A DNA stretch of 64,000 bases from Candidatus Bathyarchaeota archaeon (GTDB taxonomy: Archaea > Thermoproteota > Bathyarchaeia > 40CM-2-53-6): contig CAVTBR010000001.1 of assembly GCA_963733055.1 (NCBI GenBank), positions 1,508,809 through 1,572,808 on the forward strand. Direction: 5' to 3'. Both the position numbers and the translations under genes were made by a program. The notes beneath the pieces are model-generated. The model did not search any database. It was not told where the DNA came from and saw nothing but the letters and a program-made list of their open reading frames with translations. Shown in pieces: positions 50,332 to 59,857 of this stretch. Positions within the stretch are counted from its first letter, which is position 1. Each line of letters starts with the position of its first letter.

Positions 50332-52074
50332 TCATTTCTCGTCGAAAGAATTTGCTTTCATGAAATCAGTCGGATAATCTAACGCTGTAAAGAACAATGG
50401 CGCACCTGAGAACGAAAGGGGCGAGATGGGGCCCCATGTCATGAAGCTGTATTCTCGGTTGCCTAGTGCCGCTTGTGGATCTTTGAAGAGTTGATAGAGT
50501 TTAATTGCTTCTTCGTTTCCCCCGATTAAGTCCGTCAACGCCCTGAGTTCTGCTCCCCATCCCAATCCAAAACCGAATATGTAGATTCGAAGTTGGCGAA
50601 TGATTTCCACTTCTAGAGCCGAGAGGGACTGGCTTATGAAGAGCCATCCAAGGCCATACTTCCTCGTTGTTCGGCATGCATCGACAAGCGTTCTTTTGAC
50701 TTCTCCAAGTTCCAGATCCTCTCCGGTATCACGAGGAGCGAGGCGGTGCGCTTCGTCGATGACTACTAAAGTATTCAGTAGCCTGCCACCTTTGTATGTC
50801 TGCTCTGCTAGCGTTGTCAGTTCCAGCAAGAGATGATTTATCACGATTAGTCTAATTGAGTCGTTCCATAGTATAGACTCGGGCACTTGGGTTTCAGATA
50901 AGTCGATGATGGCGATATTGCTCTTGGTACCAATTCCTTTACCAACAAAATCCTTTGACTTAACGGCTTTCGTTTTTCCATCGTACGCAAATAATCGAGC
51001 AACTCGTGACCAAACAAGAGTGTAAGCTTCATCCGCAGGCCAATCGCGATGTGCGTTTCTAACTCGGTCTTGATACTCCTGGCCAGAGTAAATGTTGGCT
51101 AGTACCTGAGGCGTCACTAGCTGGTCCCACACGTAATCAAAGACTGCTTGTCGATAGAGGTCCCAAGGTTTAGCCGGGAGAGTTACTCCCGTCAGCAGCT
51201 GCTGTTTGCGCTTTAGAATCGACCGTATTTGCGATTCCGCTCTGTCTTTGTTTTCGTCCGCATAAATGGCCAACTTTGTGTAGAATTCTGTTGTGCGAAG
51301 TATTCTCAGGAACAATGTAAAATTCGAGTCATCATTGACAACCAGGTCATGAAGGTCGTGAAAACTCACCTCTCTTTGGCCACCTCGGTTCAGTATCGCC
51401 ACAACTTTAGAGTCTTCCTTCAGCTTGGAAAACTCCCCTTGCGGATCGAGTACAATTAGAGACATTTCAGGATGCAGAGAATAGCCGACCATCATCATTT
51501 TCGAAAGAACTGACTTTCCGGAACCAGTTTTGCCGAAAATGCCAATGTGATATGCTTCATCGGCACCCCCTTTGCCGAAGTGTTTCAACCACAAGGGAAG
51601 TAGTAGTTCTGTACCATATGCATAGCCCAGACAGAATAGTTGAGAGAGATAGTCCTTCAACAGAACATTCATGAGTTCAGCAGTGATCAGGCGAACTGAT
51701 GTTCCAGTTGCCGGAACAGTTCCTAGGACACTACCTTCGGTGCTGGTGCTCAGCGCAAGAACCGTGCTGACCGTCATACTCGCGGTATGCGTGTCTTGGC
51801 GTTCTGTTACCGGATCAACCCGCCCCTTCTGGCGAATCAACCCACGCATCGTTGGATCTTCACTCCAGACATTTCTCAACTTAATTTCCGTGATTTGACC
51901 AAGCGTGTACGTGTCTTTGCCATCTTGGTGGAATTTGAAGACGGAGAGTGTACCAACAAGTCGTTTGTCAACGGCTGTGCCGAGAATGTCTATTGTGAGC
52001 TGACTCGTAGAAGACGGCGACCCTATTACGCCGATCCTTTCCGACCCATCGAAGGCTTTCGAGATCTCAGACAT
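50332..52074 (-). CDS. HerA/DUF87-family ATPase
   Basis: N-terminal HAS barrel, HIGIFGKTGSGKS, LDPQGEF, IDEAHRLAP, RKYGLG...SQ. Confidence 0.9.
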   Translation of the reverse strand: MSEISKAFDGSERIGVIGSPSSTSQLTIDILGTAVDKRLVGTLSVFKFHQDGKDTYTLGQITEIKLRNVWSEDPTMRGLIRQKGRVDPVTERQDTHTASMTVSTVLALSTSTEGSVLGTVPATGTSVRLITAELMNVLLKDYLSQLFCLGYAYGTELLLPLWLKHFGKGGADEAYHIGIFGKTGSGKSVLSKMMMVGYSLHPEMSLIVLDPQGEFSKLKEDSKVVAILNRGGQREVSFHDLHDLVVNDDSNFTLFLRILRTTEFYTKLAIYADENKDRAESQIRSILKRKQQLLTGVTLPAKPWDLYRQAVFDYVWDQLVTPQVLANIYSGQEYQDRVRNAHRDWPADEAYTLVWSRVARLFAYDGKTKAVKSKDFVGKGIGTKSNIAIIDLSETQVPESILWNDSIRLIVINHLLLELTTLAEQTYKGGRLLNTLVVIDEAHRLAPRDTGEDLELGEVKRTLVDACRTTRKYGLGWLFISQSLSALEVEIIRQLRIYIFGFGLGWGAELRALTDLIGGNEEAIKLYQLFKDPQAALGNREYSFMTWGPISPLSFSGAPLFFTALDYPTDFMKANSFDEK

Positions 52075-53214
52075 CTAATAGTCGCTCCGATATGCATGCA
52101 TTGCCATGTAGACATCACCAATATTGCCATCCCAGTTACTTGCGATCTCCTGTGTCGCCGTTTGGGTCAACGCTGGAAGAGCAACGGCCAGGTGCTTTAC
52201 CATGCGGTCGGCTAAGTAGAGAGGATATGGTTCCATCATCGAAGGCGACCCGCATTGGAGTTTCAAAGCCTCAAGGATAATGGCTATTCTCTGTTTATTC
52301 TTTGCAATAGACTCGGGGACTTCGATCCTGAACGCGGGAAGATGCATAAACGGTCTGTAATAGAAGATATGGAGTCGAGAAAGGGACCTACTTATTTTGT
52401 CAGCAATCTGGCCCTCGATTGGCAAATGATAGGGACTCTCTGGTTCCGTCATCTTGAGTGGAGGTGTCAATTCGCCGGGTTCAAGAATTAGTGTCAACAG
52501 TGCACGGTCCTCATATCCCTTCACGTTCAAACGAGAGCAAATCTCGTTCTTGCTTGTGTATTTTGGGACTCCGGCAAATGCCCTATCGGTACGTGTACTT
52601 GCCGCAATTTCGTCGTAATATTTCAGAGTCTCATCAAGTCTCGCAGAGAGAACGCTTTTGATATTCGCAGGGGCTTCATTGATTTTTGAGAGTCCTTGAT
52701 TTAGGTATATCAGAGGTGTTACCAATGAATTGTCTATGAAAATGACATCATGTGGGGCCTTGCCTGCCAGTTCGATTTCCATTGCCACCATGATGGCTCG
52801 TGAAACCACTCCGGTTGCTTCACTATGAGGCGCGGTTTCTGTAAGAACACGATGATGCGGTCTAGGCCAGTGTCGTATTTCTGAGGGTGGAGTCAAACCT
52901 TCGACTGCCAGTCCCGCAACTGCTGCGATGTCTGTGGTAAGCAATCTCTCTATGGTGTAGCTACCATCGACGCCACACGTCGTTGGATAGGTAGGCGTGG
53001 ACGCGAAGTCAGATTCCCTGGCCAGCAGGTTTTGATTCTTGAGCGAGTCTCTGAGTTCCTTCTTGCGTTTTACCACTCCTCTCAACGCAATGAGTAATTC
53101 CTGTCCCAACTTGATCGAATTGCCGAGCATTTCCTCCACAAGAGCTTCCGGTAGCTCAGCGAATGGCGATTGTAAGCTTTCCAAGTCCTTTCCTACACCA
53201 TTGCAAATCATCAA
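52075..53214 (-). CDS. NurA-domain nuclease
   Basis: CGVDGS, IDNSL, PK, EPYPLYLAD.MVK; abuts the HerA gene. Confidence 0.8.
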   Translation of the reverse strand: MMICNGVGKDLESLQSPFAELPEALVEEMLGNSIKLGQELLIALRGVVKRKKELRDSLKNQNLLARESDFASTPTYPTTCGVDGSYTIERLLTTDIAAVAGLAVEGLTPPSEIRHWPRPHHRVLTETAPHSEATGVVSRAIMVAMEIELAGKAPHDVIFIDNSLVTPLIYLNQGLSKINEAPANIKSVLSARLDETLKYYDEIAASTRTDRAFAGVPKYTSKNEICSRLNVKGYEDRALLTLILEPGELTPPLKMTEPESPYHLPIEGQIADKISRSLSRLHIFYYRPFMHLPAFRIEVPESIAKNKQRIAIILEALKLQCGSPSMMEPYPLYLADRMVKHLAVALPALTQTATQEIASNWDGNIGDVYMAMHAYRSDY

Positions 53215-53415
53215 GTTGGAAATATCACTTTCGATTGAGTCAGCGTCGAGATTCGGTGTCTACAAGTAGGTCGCTCATGACGAATTATGCAATATAGCGC
53301 TTATCGCTCAAAGTGCCTCAATACGCTCCACTTTTCACGCTTACTTACTGATTTCTCTGTGCCAGGTTCGCGACTACATTTGACCAAAACAATCCTATTT
53401 TTCTTTTGAACACAA

Positions 53416-53670
53416 ATGATTGTGGAACTCGCAGAACGAGTGCAGACAACAACTAACCACAATTACGCATGGTTCGGTGAACTTTGGCCTTGGTTCCTAC
53501 TCGTTTCATTTTTTGGATTATTGATTGTCGACGGTCCATTAACCCCCACCATCATTGGCGACTTCTTTAGAAGTAGTATTCTAGTTTGGCAATTGCTTCT
53601 AGTTATTTCGACATTCTCAAGTGCCTTAGCTATCCCATCTGTGCTTCTTGATGAAACGCTGGCAGCCTAA
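53416..53670 (+). CDS. Small membrane protein
   Basis: Two hydrophobic segments. Confidence 0.35.
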   Translation: MIVELAERVQTTTNHNYAWFGELWPWFLLVSFFGLLIVDGPLTPTIIGDFFRSSILVWQLLLVISTFSSALAIPSVLLDETLAA

Positions 53671-54260
53671 CCAGACTTCACATCAGTACAAACTGGTACT
53701 GTAGTCAAGGAGGAAACATACAGTTCAGGATAAACGGGAAAATGTTCAATCCCAACTTGGCCGCCTTCAATAGATACATAGACAGTCAAAAGGGCACCAG
53801 TTACGAGTGCGTGCGGATAATGGAATAGGCTTCCGTTCACTGGCAGGTAGATATAGAATGTTAGATTCGCTCCGTGAAGTACCCACCATGAGAATGGGAT
53901 ATGTAGCGGGGCTGTTGGATCTAGCGGGCTGTATCCCATTCCATTGGAAAAAGTAGTGCTATTCATTGCAACTGAGACATCCACAAAAGTTACAGGCCAG
54001 TTAAGACGATTCGTTACATTGATGTAGACTCGATAAAGGCTTGTTAGCGTTGTCATGTTTCGAACTAGACATGCCTTGCCAAGTCTATCGTAGAAATCGG
54101 AGGGTTGAGGTGGTCTGGATGTTGGCGTCGGATGGTAGTAAAAATAGGTTATCAGCGAACCGAACATTATGACTGCAATAAGGACGATGGCTGAAACATA
54201 TCGTCCCTTGTGAGACTTACGAGGTTCAATTTCTATGTCAGTAGGTTTATGGTGTGGCAT
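53667..54260 (-). CDS. Membrane-anchored hypothetical protein
   Basis: Single N-terminal TM and beta-rich ectodomain; 3 bp downstream of the ImmA-like gene. Confidence 0.55.
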   Translation of the reverse strand: MPHHKPTDIEIEPRKSHKGRYVSAIVLIAVIMFGSLITYFYYHPTPTSRPPQPSDFYDRLGKACLVRNMTTLTSLYRVYINVTNRLNWPVTFVDVSVAMNSTTFSNGMGYSPLDPTAPLHIPFSWWVLHGANLTFYIYLPVNGSLFHYPHALVTGALLTVYVSIEGGQVGIEHFPVYPELYVSSLTTVPVCTDVKSG

Positions 54261-54263
54261 ACA

Positions 54264-55169
54264 TCATGCATCCTTTACATTATGGTTTCCCAGTCGACTG
54301 CAAGTATGGGAAGGTATCGTAATTCCGTCTATAGTCTCAATGCGATTGACGTCTAAGAATTCCGAAAGGCTTGTTGTTTTTTGACCGGAATTAATTCTCT
54401 TCAGGAGCAGTACGGCTGGCCGACAAACGAGTTGATTGTCATATCTGCGGAACTCAAGAGCGATTGGTCCAGCCGATACGTAGCCTTCTATTGTACCGGC
54501 TGAATCATGAAATCGGTTCCTGTATTTCGAAATCGATTGGAGAAGGTTTTCACGATAAGGCTCGCTGATTCTGTGTGAATGTTCATAATAGCGTGGCCAG
54601 AGCTTTACGCTATCATTGGACCCAATCTCGACGAAGATTATGCCATAAATGTCGTGTAAGCGTCGGTAGAAAGTCGTTCGAGAGACTCTGAACACACTGG
54701 ATCCACTGAAGACGACCCTTGAGTCTCCCAGTTGTGTGTATTGTCCAACAAAACGATAGATCCACGAAGTAGGGAGCAACAAGGATGCTGCAAACCGGTT
54801 GCACCATGATTCGATGTTACTTGTTTTGCTGCTTCGACAAGCACATTTCTCCATGGATCTGTTTACGACCCAATGACCCAGCTCATGAGCTATTGTAAAC
54901 CTCCTTCTAGTTGATTCCGCATCGGCTTTTACAAGGATTTCAGCACAGCTTCGTCCGAACTCGATAAGATAACCGTCGCCGTCAATCTTATCAAGAATTA
55001 TTGACATTCCAAGTGCTTCGGCAATCTCGGTCAACATCAGGTGAGGAAACACTTGCTTTGAGAAGACGATTAGGCTGTTCGCTATTGTGTCCGGGTTTAG
55101 AGTTCTTAACCGATCCCAGGACGGAATCGCATCGTGAACAAAACTAGCGGCGGTTTCACTCACGTTCAA
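54264..55169 (-). CDS. ImmA/IrrE-family metallopeptidase
   Basis: RRRFTIAHELGH...E.WCN.FAA.LLLP. Confidence 0.88.
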   Translation of the reverse strand: MNVSETAASFVHDAIPSWDRLRTLNPDTIANSLIVFSKQVFPHLMLTEIAEALGMSIILDKIDGDGYLIEFGRSCAEILVKADAESTRRRFTIAHELGHWVVNRSMEKCACRSSKTSNIESWCNRFAASLLLPTSWIYRFVGQYTQLGDSRVVFSGSSVFRVSRTTFYRRLHDIYGIIFVEIGSNDSVKLWPRYYEHSHRISEPYRENLLQSISKYRNRFHDSAGTIEGYVSAGPIALEFRRYDNQLVCRPAVLLLKRINSGQKTTSLSEFLDVNRIETIDGITIPSHTCSRLGNHNVKDA

Positions 55170-56052
55170 ATTCCTCTGCCGCTTTTCGCATTATTCTCGC
55201 CCAGATATGCTTCCTGTCTTTAGGAGTGACCTCACGGCCTCTCATTTGGGCGGGGGTCGACTTGGAGTGATACAGTATCTCCGCAACTTTCGCGGCAATA
55301 TCCTCCTCATAGTCAGCCACTAAGATGTTTTGAAGGTTCGTGTGGAGTGATTTCGCTACTTGTTTTAGTTGTAGAATACTGAAGTTAGTCAAGTAGTCTG
55401 GACATTCTTCCAGTAGCTTAACCTCATCTTCAGGGACGCCAAGGTTAGCGGCAAGATCCGCGGCTGATAGGCCAGTCTGAAGTCTGAGTCGGTGAATGTT
55501 TCGACCGATTGAGAGATTTGAGTTTTCCCGCATATTCCTCTTTCTTTCCAACATTGCTGGCAATAGAATATCTATCGCTTGCGACAATTTGTCAGACAAA
55601 TCAGCGCCGCTTTCATACCGAACAGAGTACATCCTCCCGGGTATGCCGCGCACCATTCTACTGATTGATTTTTCGCCCAGCGCTACGCTTAGAATCGGCA
55701 GTAATGCGGTTCCGGCAATCTCAAGTTCTTGACCTACTCCGAAGCTTGGCTCGTTAGCCAAGAATATGAAAACGTCTGATGATAGGACATTCCTCCTGTC
55801 CATTCGATAGACCTGTTCAGGGGTTAGAGACGGATTTAGAAGCGGGTCCGAGATCTTTCGTGGTTCATAGAATTCCACTCCCTTAGCTTTACAAGTCATC
55901 TCGATTACGTTTAGCGTTTCGTCGATGCTGACCCTTTGAGACTCTGATAACCCAGTCAAGGCACAAGCAATGTAGGCGCGAACTGGAACTGGTGTATGCT
56001 CCTCGATAGGCTGTTCCGGTTGCGCAGGAAGCTGAACATTTAAGGTTGCCAT
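55156..56052 (-). CDS. Nucleoside 2-deoxyribosyltransferase-like domain fused to an XRE HTH
   Basis: AYIA..LT, Y.P, D...V..SD, PSFGVGQELE.A, ISRMV.G; then IGRNI.RLR...GLS..DLA..LGV. Confidence 0.75.
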   Translation of the reverse strand: MATLNVQLPAQPEQPIEEHTPVPVRAYIACALTGLSESQRVSIDETLNVIEMTCKAKGVEFYEPRKISDPLLNPSLTPEQVYRMDRRNVLSSDVFIFLANEPSFGVGQELEIAGTALLPILSVALGEKSISRMVRGIPGRMYSVRYESGADLSDKLSQAIDILLPAMLERKRNMRENSNLSIGRNIHRLRLQTGLSAADLAANLGVPEDEVKLLEECPDYLTNFSILQLKQVAKSLHTNLQNILVADYEEDIAAKVAEILYHSKSTPAQMRGREVTPKDRKHIWARIMRKAAEEFERE

Positions 56053-56053
56053 T

Positions 56054-56632
56054 CTAGTGTCCTTCCTCTTCGAAGGGGAACTCTATGGTAAGCGGCGCTA
56101 CGATGGCATTGAGATTCCTGACCGCAATCTGCACGTGGGTTAGGTTTGAGAAGGAACCTTCAGGGAAAATAGAGTCGCCTTCCAGAAACGGCCCTCGGAC
56201 CGTGTCTATTTCGTAGAGATTCTCGCATACGTGGTTTATAACGGCTCGGTCAAGCGCATGATTTCCGCGGTGGTTTGCCGGGGGCGAAGCGCCTCTTATC
56301 GTATAGGTGTTCAGAAGTTGCTTATGGGCGGCGCGGACAACTGTGACCCACTTGGTATCGAATAGGTCTAAACATCGACCCAATCGAACTTCGGTCACTA
56401 TAACCGCAGCGGAACTCCCATTTTTCTTCTGTGCCCAGGCGATCGCTCGATCAGGGCTCTCCTCCCAGAAGTAGATCCCGTCTCCCAGCCAATCCCACTC
56501 GTTGTGGCTAGATACTAGCTCCTGACATGCGATTGCAAGAGTAGCTCTCTCGATAGAAGTACCGTGATAAACGGTTACAATTCTCATGTCTGGTGCCAGA
56601 GATATCCTGGGGCAAACGACAGCTGACATCAT
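56054..56632 (-). CDS. ADP-ribosyltransferase-fold protein (DUF3990-like)
   Basis: VYHGT, WLGDGIYFWE, A..WA, H.QIAVRN. Confidence 0.7.
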   Translation of the reverse strand: MMSAVVCPRISLAPDMRIVTVYHGTSIERATLAIACQELVSSHNEWDWLGDGIYFWEESPDRAIAWAQKKNGSSAAVIVTEVRLGRCLDLFDTKWVTVVRAAHKQLLNTYTIRGASPPANHRGNHALDRAVINHVCENLYEIDTVRGPFLEGDSIFPEGSFSNLTHVQIAVRNLNAIVAPLTIEFPFEEEGH

Positions 56633-56925
56633 GCCATCACCTGGATTCTTTCCATCACCCAGTAGCCCTTTGTGCTACACACTTTGCAGATCCAGCACAT
56701 TCGTTCGCCCGTCTTTGTTGAATAGTACACACTGGTCTCACCAGAACATTTTGGGCATGGAAATTCGTTTTCGATACTTGCCGAGATCATTGCAGGTCAA
56801 CCTCGTCTTACTCGGCGCCTCTTATAATCTCTGACTTTCTCATTAATTCAGGAAATAAACAGTTAACAGATTCCGTTAGTGTTATTAACTAATTACCAAT
56901 TTGCAGTAAATTCGTAGAACAGAAG

Positions 56926-57255
56926 TTGTCAGACGAATCGGAGATGTTATGGAAACGGGTAAGACTGCTCACAAATTCATCGGTTCGCGAAATTGTCTGT
57001 GCATTGATACAGACTCTAGACGGTATCCCGACCGATTTTAGACCCTTAGCAAAAAAGCTCCTTGAACAGAAGAAGATTCCTTACTCAACAGCTAACCAGT
57101 TGATAAGACAGATGGCCACGCTAAAGATGGTAGATCTAACTGGGGGCCCAAGAACGGGTCTAGAGGTTCGCCTGAATCAGTTCGACATTCCTGCTCTCAA
57201 TCCTAAGACAGTTTACAGACTAGAGAGAGGGAGGAGCGTTCTTCCCTCAAGCTAG
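56926..57255 (+). CDS. Winged-helix-like protein
   Basis: IPYSTANQLIRQMATLKMV recognition helix and wing; abuts the TS-like gene. Confidence 0.5.
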   Translation: MSDESEMLWKRVRLLTNSSVREIVCALIQTLDGIPTDFRPLAKKLLEQKKIPYSTANQLIRQMATLKMVDLTGGPRTGLEVRLNQFDIPALNPKTVYRLERGRSVLPSS

Positions 57256-57969
57256 GTGGTTCAGATGAAACAGGCCGATGGTAAGCCCGTCGTGATTGAA
57301 GGAGACGGATTCGAAAACACTTGGCTGAAGTTGCTCGTGTATGTATTGCAAGGTCAGACGGTAAATGATGTACGAAGCAAGGAAACGACAGAGGTATTGA
57401 ACTGCATCACTTACATAGCGAACCCCCAATCGAAGAAGTACCCACAACGATTCGTCGAGCAGGCAAATAGAACCGAATACAAAGTTGCCTTACTCGAAGC
57501 GCTTGCCGAGCCCAGCCTAGATTGGAAGCCATGCCTCAGGCTGAAGGAATATCCCGCCCCTAAGTCTGGGACGATAAATCAACTTGAGCATCTTGTTAAG
57601 ATGATTAAGAAGTGGCCGACTACTAGAAGGGCCGTCGCTTCGACATACTATCCTGCCGAAGATTGCTACGGCTCCCTTGAGGTGGTAAGCTATGATCTAC
57701 CCGCAATTCAGGTAATTGACATGAAGCCCAGAGATGGACGACTGAACCTGACTTGCTACTTCCGCTCGTCAGAAGTCTTCTTTTGGTGGCCCATCAACGC
57801 GTACCAATTAACCAAACTTATGGAGGAAACCGCGCTAGAATGTCACCTTTCAAATGGCAGTCTGACAATGGTACTGTCAAGTGCGCACATAGTTGAGAAG
57901 AACTTGAAAGAAGCCCAGTCAGCCGTTAATCAGCTAACCAAACTAGCGACCAAGTCTACTTCTAAATAG
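57256..57969 (+). CDS. Thymidylate-synthase-like protein lacking the catalytic Cys
   Basis: INQL...P.TRRA, FRS, P.N, SAHI retained; LPAIQ where PC is expected. Confidence 0.8.
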   Translation: MVQMKQADGKPVVIEGDGFENTWLKLLVYVLQGQTVNDVRSKETTEVLNCITYIANPQSKKYPQRFVEQANRTEYKVALLEALAEPSLDWKPCLRLKEYPAPKSGTINQLEHLVKMIKKWPTTRRAVASTYYPAEDCYGSLEVVSYDLPAIQVIDMKPRDGRLNLTCYFRSSEVFFWWPINAYQLTKLMEETALECHLSNGSLTMVLSSAHIVEKNLKEAQSAVNQLTKLATKSTSK

Positions 57970-58291
57970 ACTTCTCGATAATCTCCGCGATTGTTTCCTT
58001 AATGTCCAAACCGTCAAGCACGCATTTTTCAACTAATTTGTTGAAAGTCGCAAGCTTGACTGAAATCGTCATATTGATTTGGCTAGGAGGCTCGTGAAAT
58101 CCCGCAGCGATTTCCATTTCGGTTAGGCCCATAGTTGCTCTGCTCCTTCGGTCGAAATGAACCACTTTAGTTCCCTGTATTTAACACGCGTGGTAGGACA
58201 TGTACCTGGAAAAGTGGAAGTGAATCTTAACATATTGACAACTTGGCGCTTCGAGAAGAAGCACTGGTGTTTCATCCGCGAAGGATGCAAA

Positions 58292-58801
58292 TCAATTATT
58301 GGAAGCGATTGAGACGGTCTGGTCGAGTTTAGAGTTCAGTTCACTGAGCAGGTCATTCAATCTTGTTATCAGCATTCCGACTTCGTTGATCAACCAGACT
58401 ATCTCCGCGGGTTTTGATTCTGTACGATTCTGAACATGTGGAATTGAGAATTTTCTCTGGCAGTCATTGCATCGGAACCGTCTTGCAATACCCCTCGCAT
58501 TGTACCGGAATCCGCATCTCGCGATATCAATTGAGCCGCAATATCTGCATTTGAGATGCGCTTCGTCAAAGTCTTCTTGCTTGTCCTGTGACGCGTAGCG
58601 ATGGAATTGGGTTGCATACAAATGGGAACATGCAGGTCCGTCGGACTGGCAATCACACCCCCATTTTCCATCCTTGAGTTCGATTAGATGCCAGCCGTTA
58701 CTTCCTTGAGATTTTACGACGTAATGAGTTGGAGCAAGTCTTCTCACCATTCCGTTCTTGAAGATGGCGAATCCCTCCTCTCGGAGGGTATCCTCGTTCA
58801 A
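58292..58801 (-). CDS. SWIM zinc finger plus zinc ribbon protein with C-terminal coiled coil
   Basis: CDC....CSH; CRYCGS...G......RFRCNDC. Confidence 0.75.
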   Translation of the reverse strand: MNEDTLREEGFAIFKNGMVRRLAPTHYVVKSQGSNGWHLIELKDGKWGCDCQSDGPACSHLYATQFHRYASQDKQEDFDEAHLKCRYCGSIDIARCGFRYNARGIARRFRCNDCQRKFSIPHVQNRTESKPAEIVWLINEVGMLITRLNDLLSELNSKLDQTVSIASNN

Positions 58802-59529
58802 CGTATTGCCTCTTTCAGAGTTACCGTAGTCGTCTTACTGGGGCACTGGTCGAGGTACGGACAGTAGTGGCACATGGGTCCAGGTTCAGCTGCGGGCAGA
58901 ACGGAATCTTTCGTTGATTGGTGTAATGCGGTGGCTCTTTGAATCATCCACTCCTTCCGGTACCCGAGTGGGACTTCTTTAGGGATGATCTCTTTGTCAT
59001 CCACGTAAATTAGCACAAGTCGGGTAACTGCGATTCCATATTCGCCGAGTAATGTGGCGTAACATTGAACCTGAGCGGTATGGTTTTCGCGTGGGATGTG
59101 CCCCTTCTCTGCTTGCCAGTTTGCAAATCGCGTCGTCTTTAGATCGTAAAGAGTCGAAGTCTCAATGTCAAGAGCATCAACATATCCAACAATCGTTATT
59201 GTCTCATCACCGAGCGGGAATGTCATTTTGACTCGCAGTTCGCTCCAGCCGAGAGATCTGACCATGTAGTGGAGTAAGGTTCCCCGAAGTTTAGCCCACG
59301 CAGACCCTACGGGCTCGTCCACGGGCGAAGTTCTTTCGAAGTATGCTTTCGCTAAGCAATTTGTGAGGGTTGAAACATGGTAGGTGTTGGGTTCTGGTTG
59401 GAACCTTTGCCATGTCATTCTGCTCCAGAACGAACTTGGTAGAAGCGAGTTACATTCCGAACAATCCTGAACTCTCTGGTTATGGTTGCAGATCAGAGAT
59501 TTCCGAACGGCAGGCATATATTCCGTCAT
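58798..59529 (-). CDS. Solo Cas4-like PD-(D/E)xK nuclease
   Basis: C..., RGT.LH, G.VD...YDLKT, Q...Y, C..C.Y...C Fe-S-type Cys pattern. Confidence 0.8.
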   Translation of the reverse strand: MTEYMPAVRKSLICNHNQRVQDCSECNSLLPSSFWSRMTWQRFQPEPNTYHVSTLTNCLAKAYFERTSPVDEPVGSAWAKLRGTLLHYMVRSLGWSELRVKMTFPLGDETITIVGYVDALDIETSTLYDLKTTRFANWQAEKGHIPRENHTAQVQCYATLLGEYGIAVTRLVLIYVDDKEIIPKEVPLGYRKEWMIQRATALHQSTKDSVLPAAEPGPMCHYCPYLDQCPSKTTTVTLKEAIR

Positions 59530-59558
59530 GTGAGAATCACTTTACAGAGTCGAATCGT

Positions 59559-59751
59559 GTTGACCCTAAAGGCGGAGGTTCGGGTCGTACAGAATCCGGA
59601 TGCCAAGACTCAGTACATTGCAATACCGTCCGCGGTCGTTCAGGACTCATTGTATCCATTTCACAAGAACGAGATCTTAGACCTGGAAATTGATCCAAAG
59701 ACACAGACCGCAACGCTTCGGCCGCATGATTCCACGGGTAAGAAACATTAG
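59559..59751 (+). CDS. AbrB/MazE-like small DNA-binding protein
   Basis: YIAIPSAVVQDSLYPFHKNE...LEID; divergent from the Cas4-like gene; start approximate. Confidence 0.6.
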
Positions 59752-59819
59752 CCATTTCTGAATCATGTGATACTCACGTGGTACACGGTTAAGGTTTGCG
59801 CCTCAACCGGAGCTTAATC

Positions 59820-59857
59820 TCTTATGGCCTAAGACAAACTCCTCTTATGGCAACAGC
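59820..59857 (-). repeat. Right subterminal tandem boxes
   Basis: TCTTATGGCCTAAGA (59820-59834, exact reverse complement of the left box) and TCTTATGGCAACAGC (59843-59857), 23-bp period. Confidence 0.85.
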
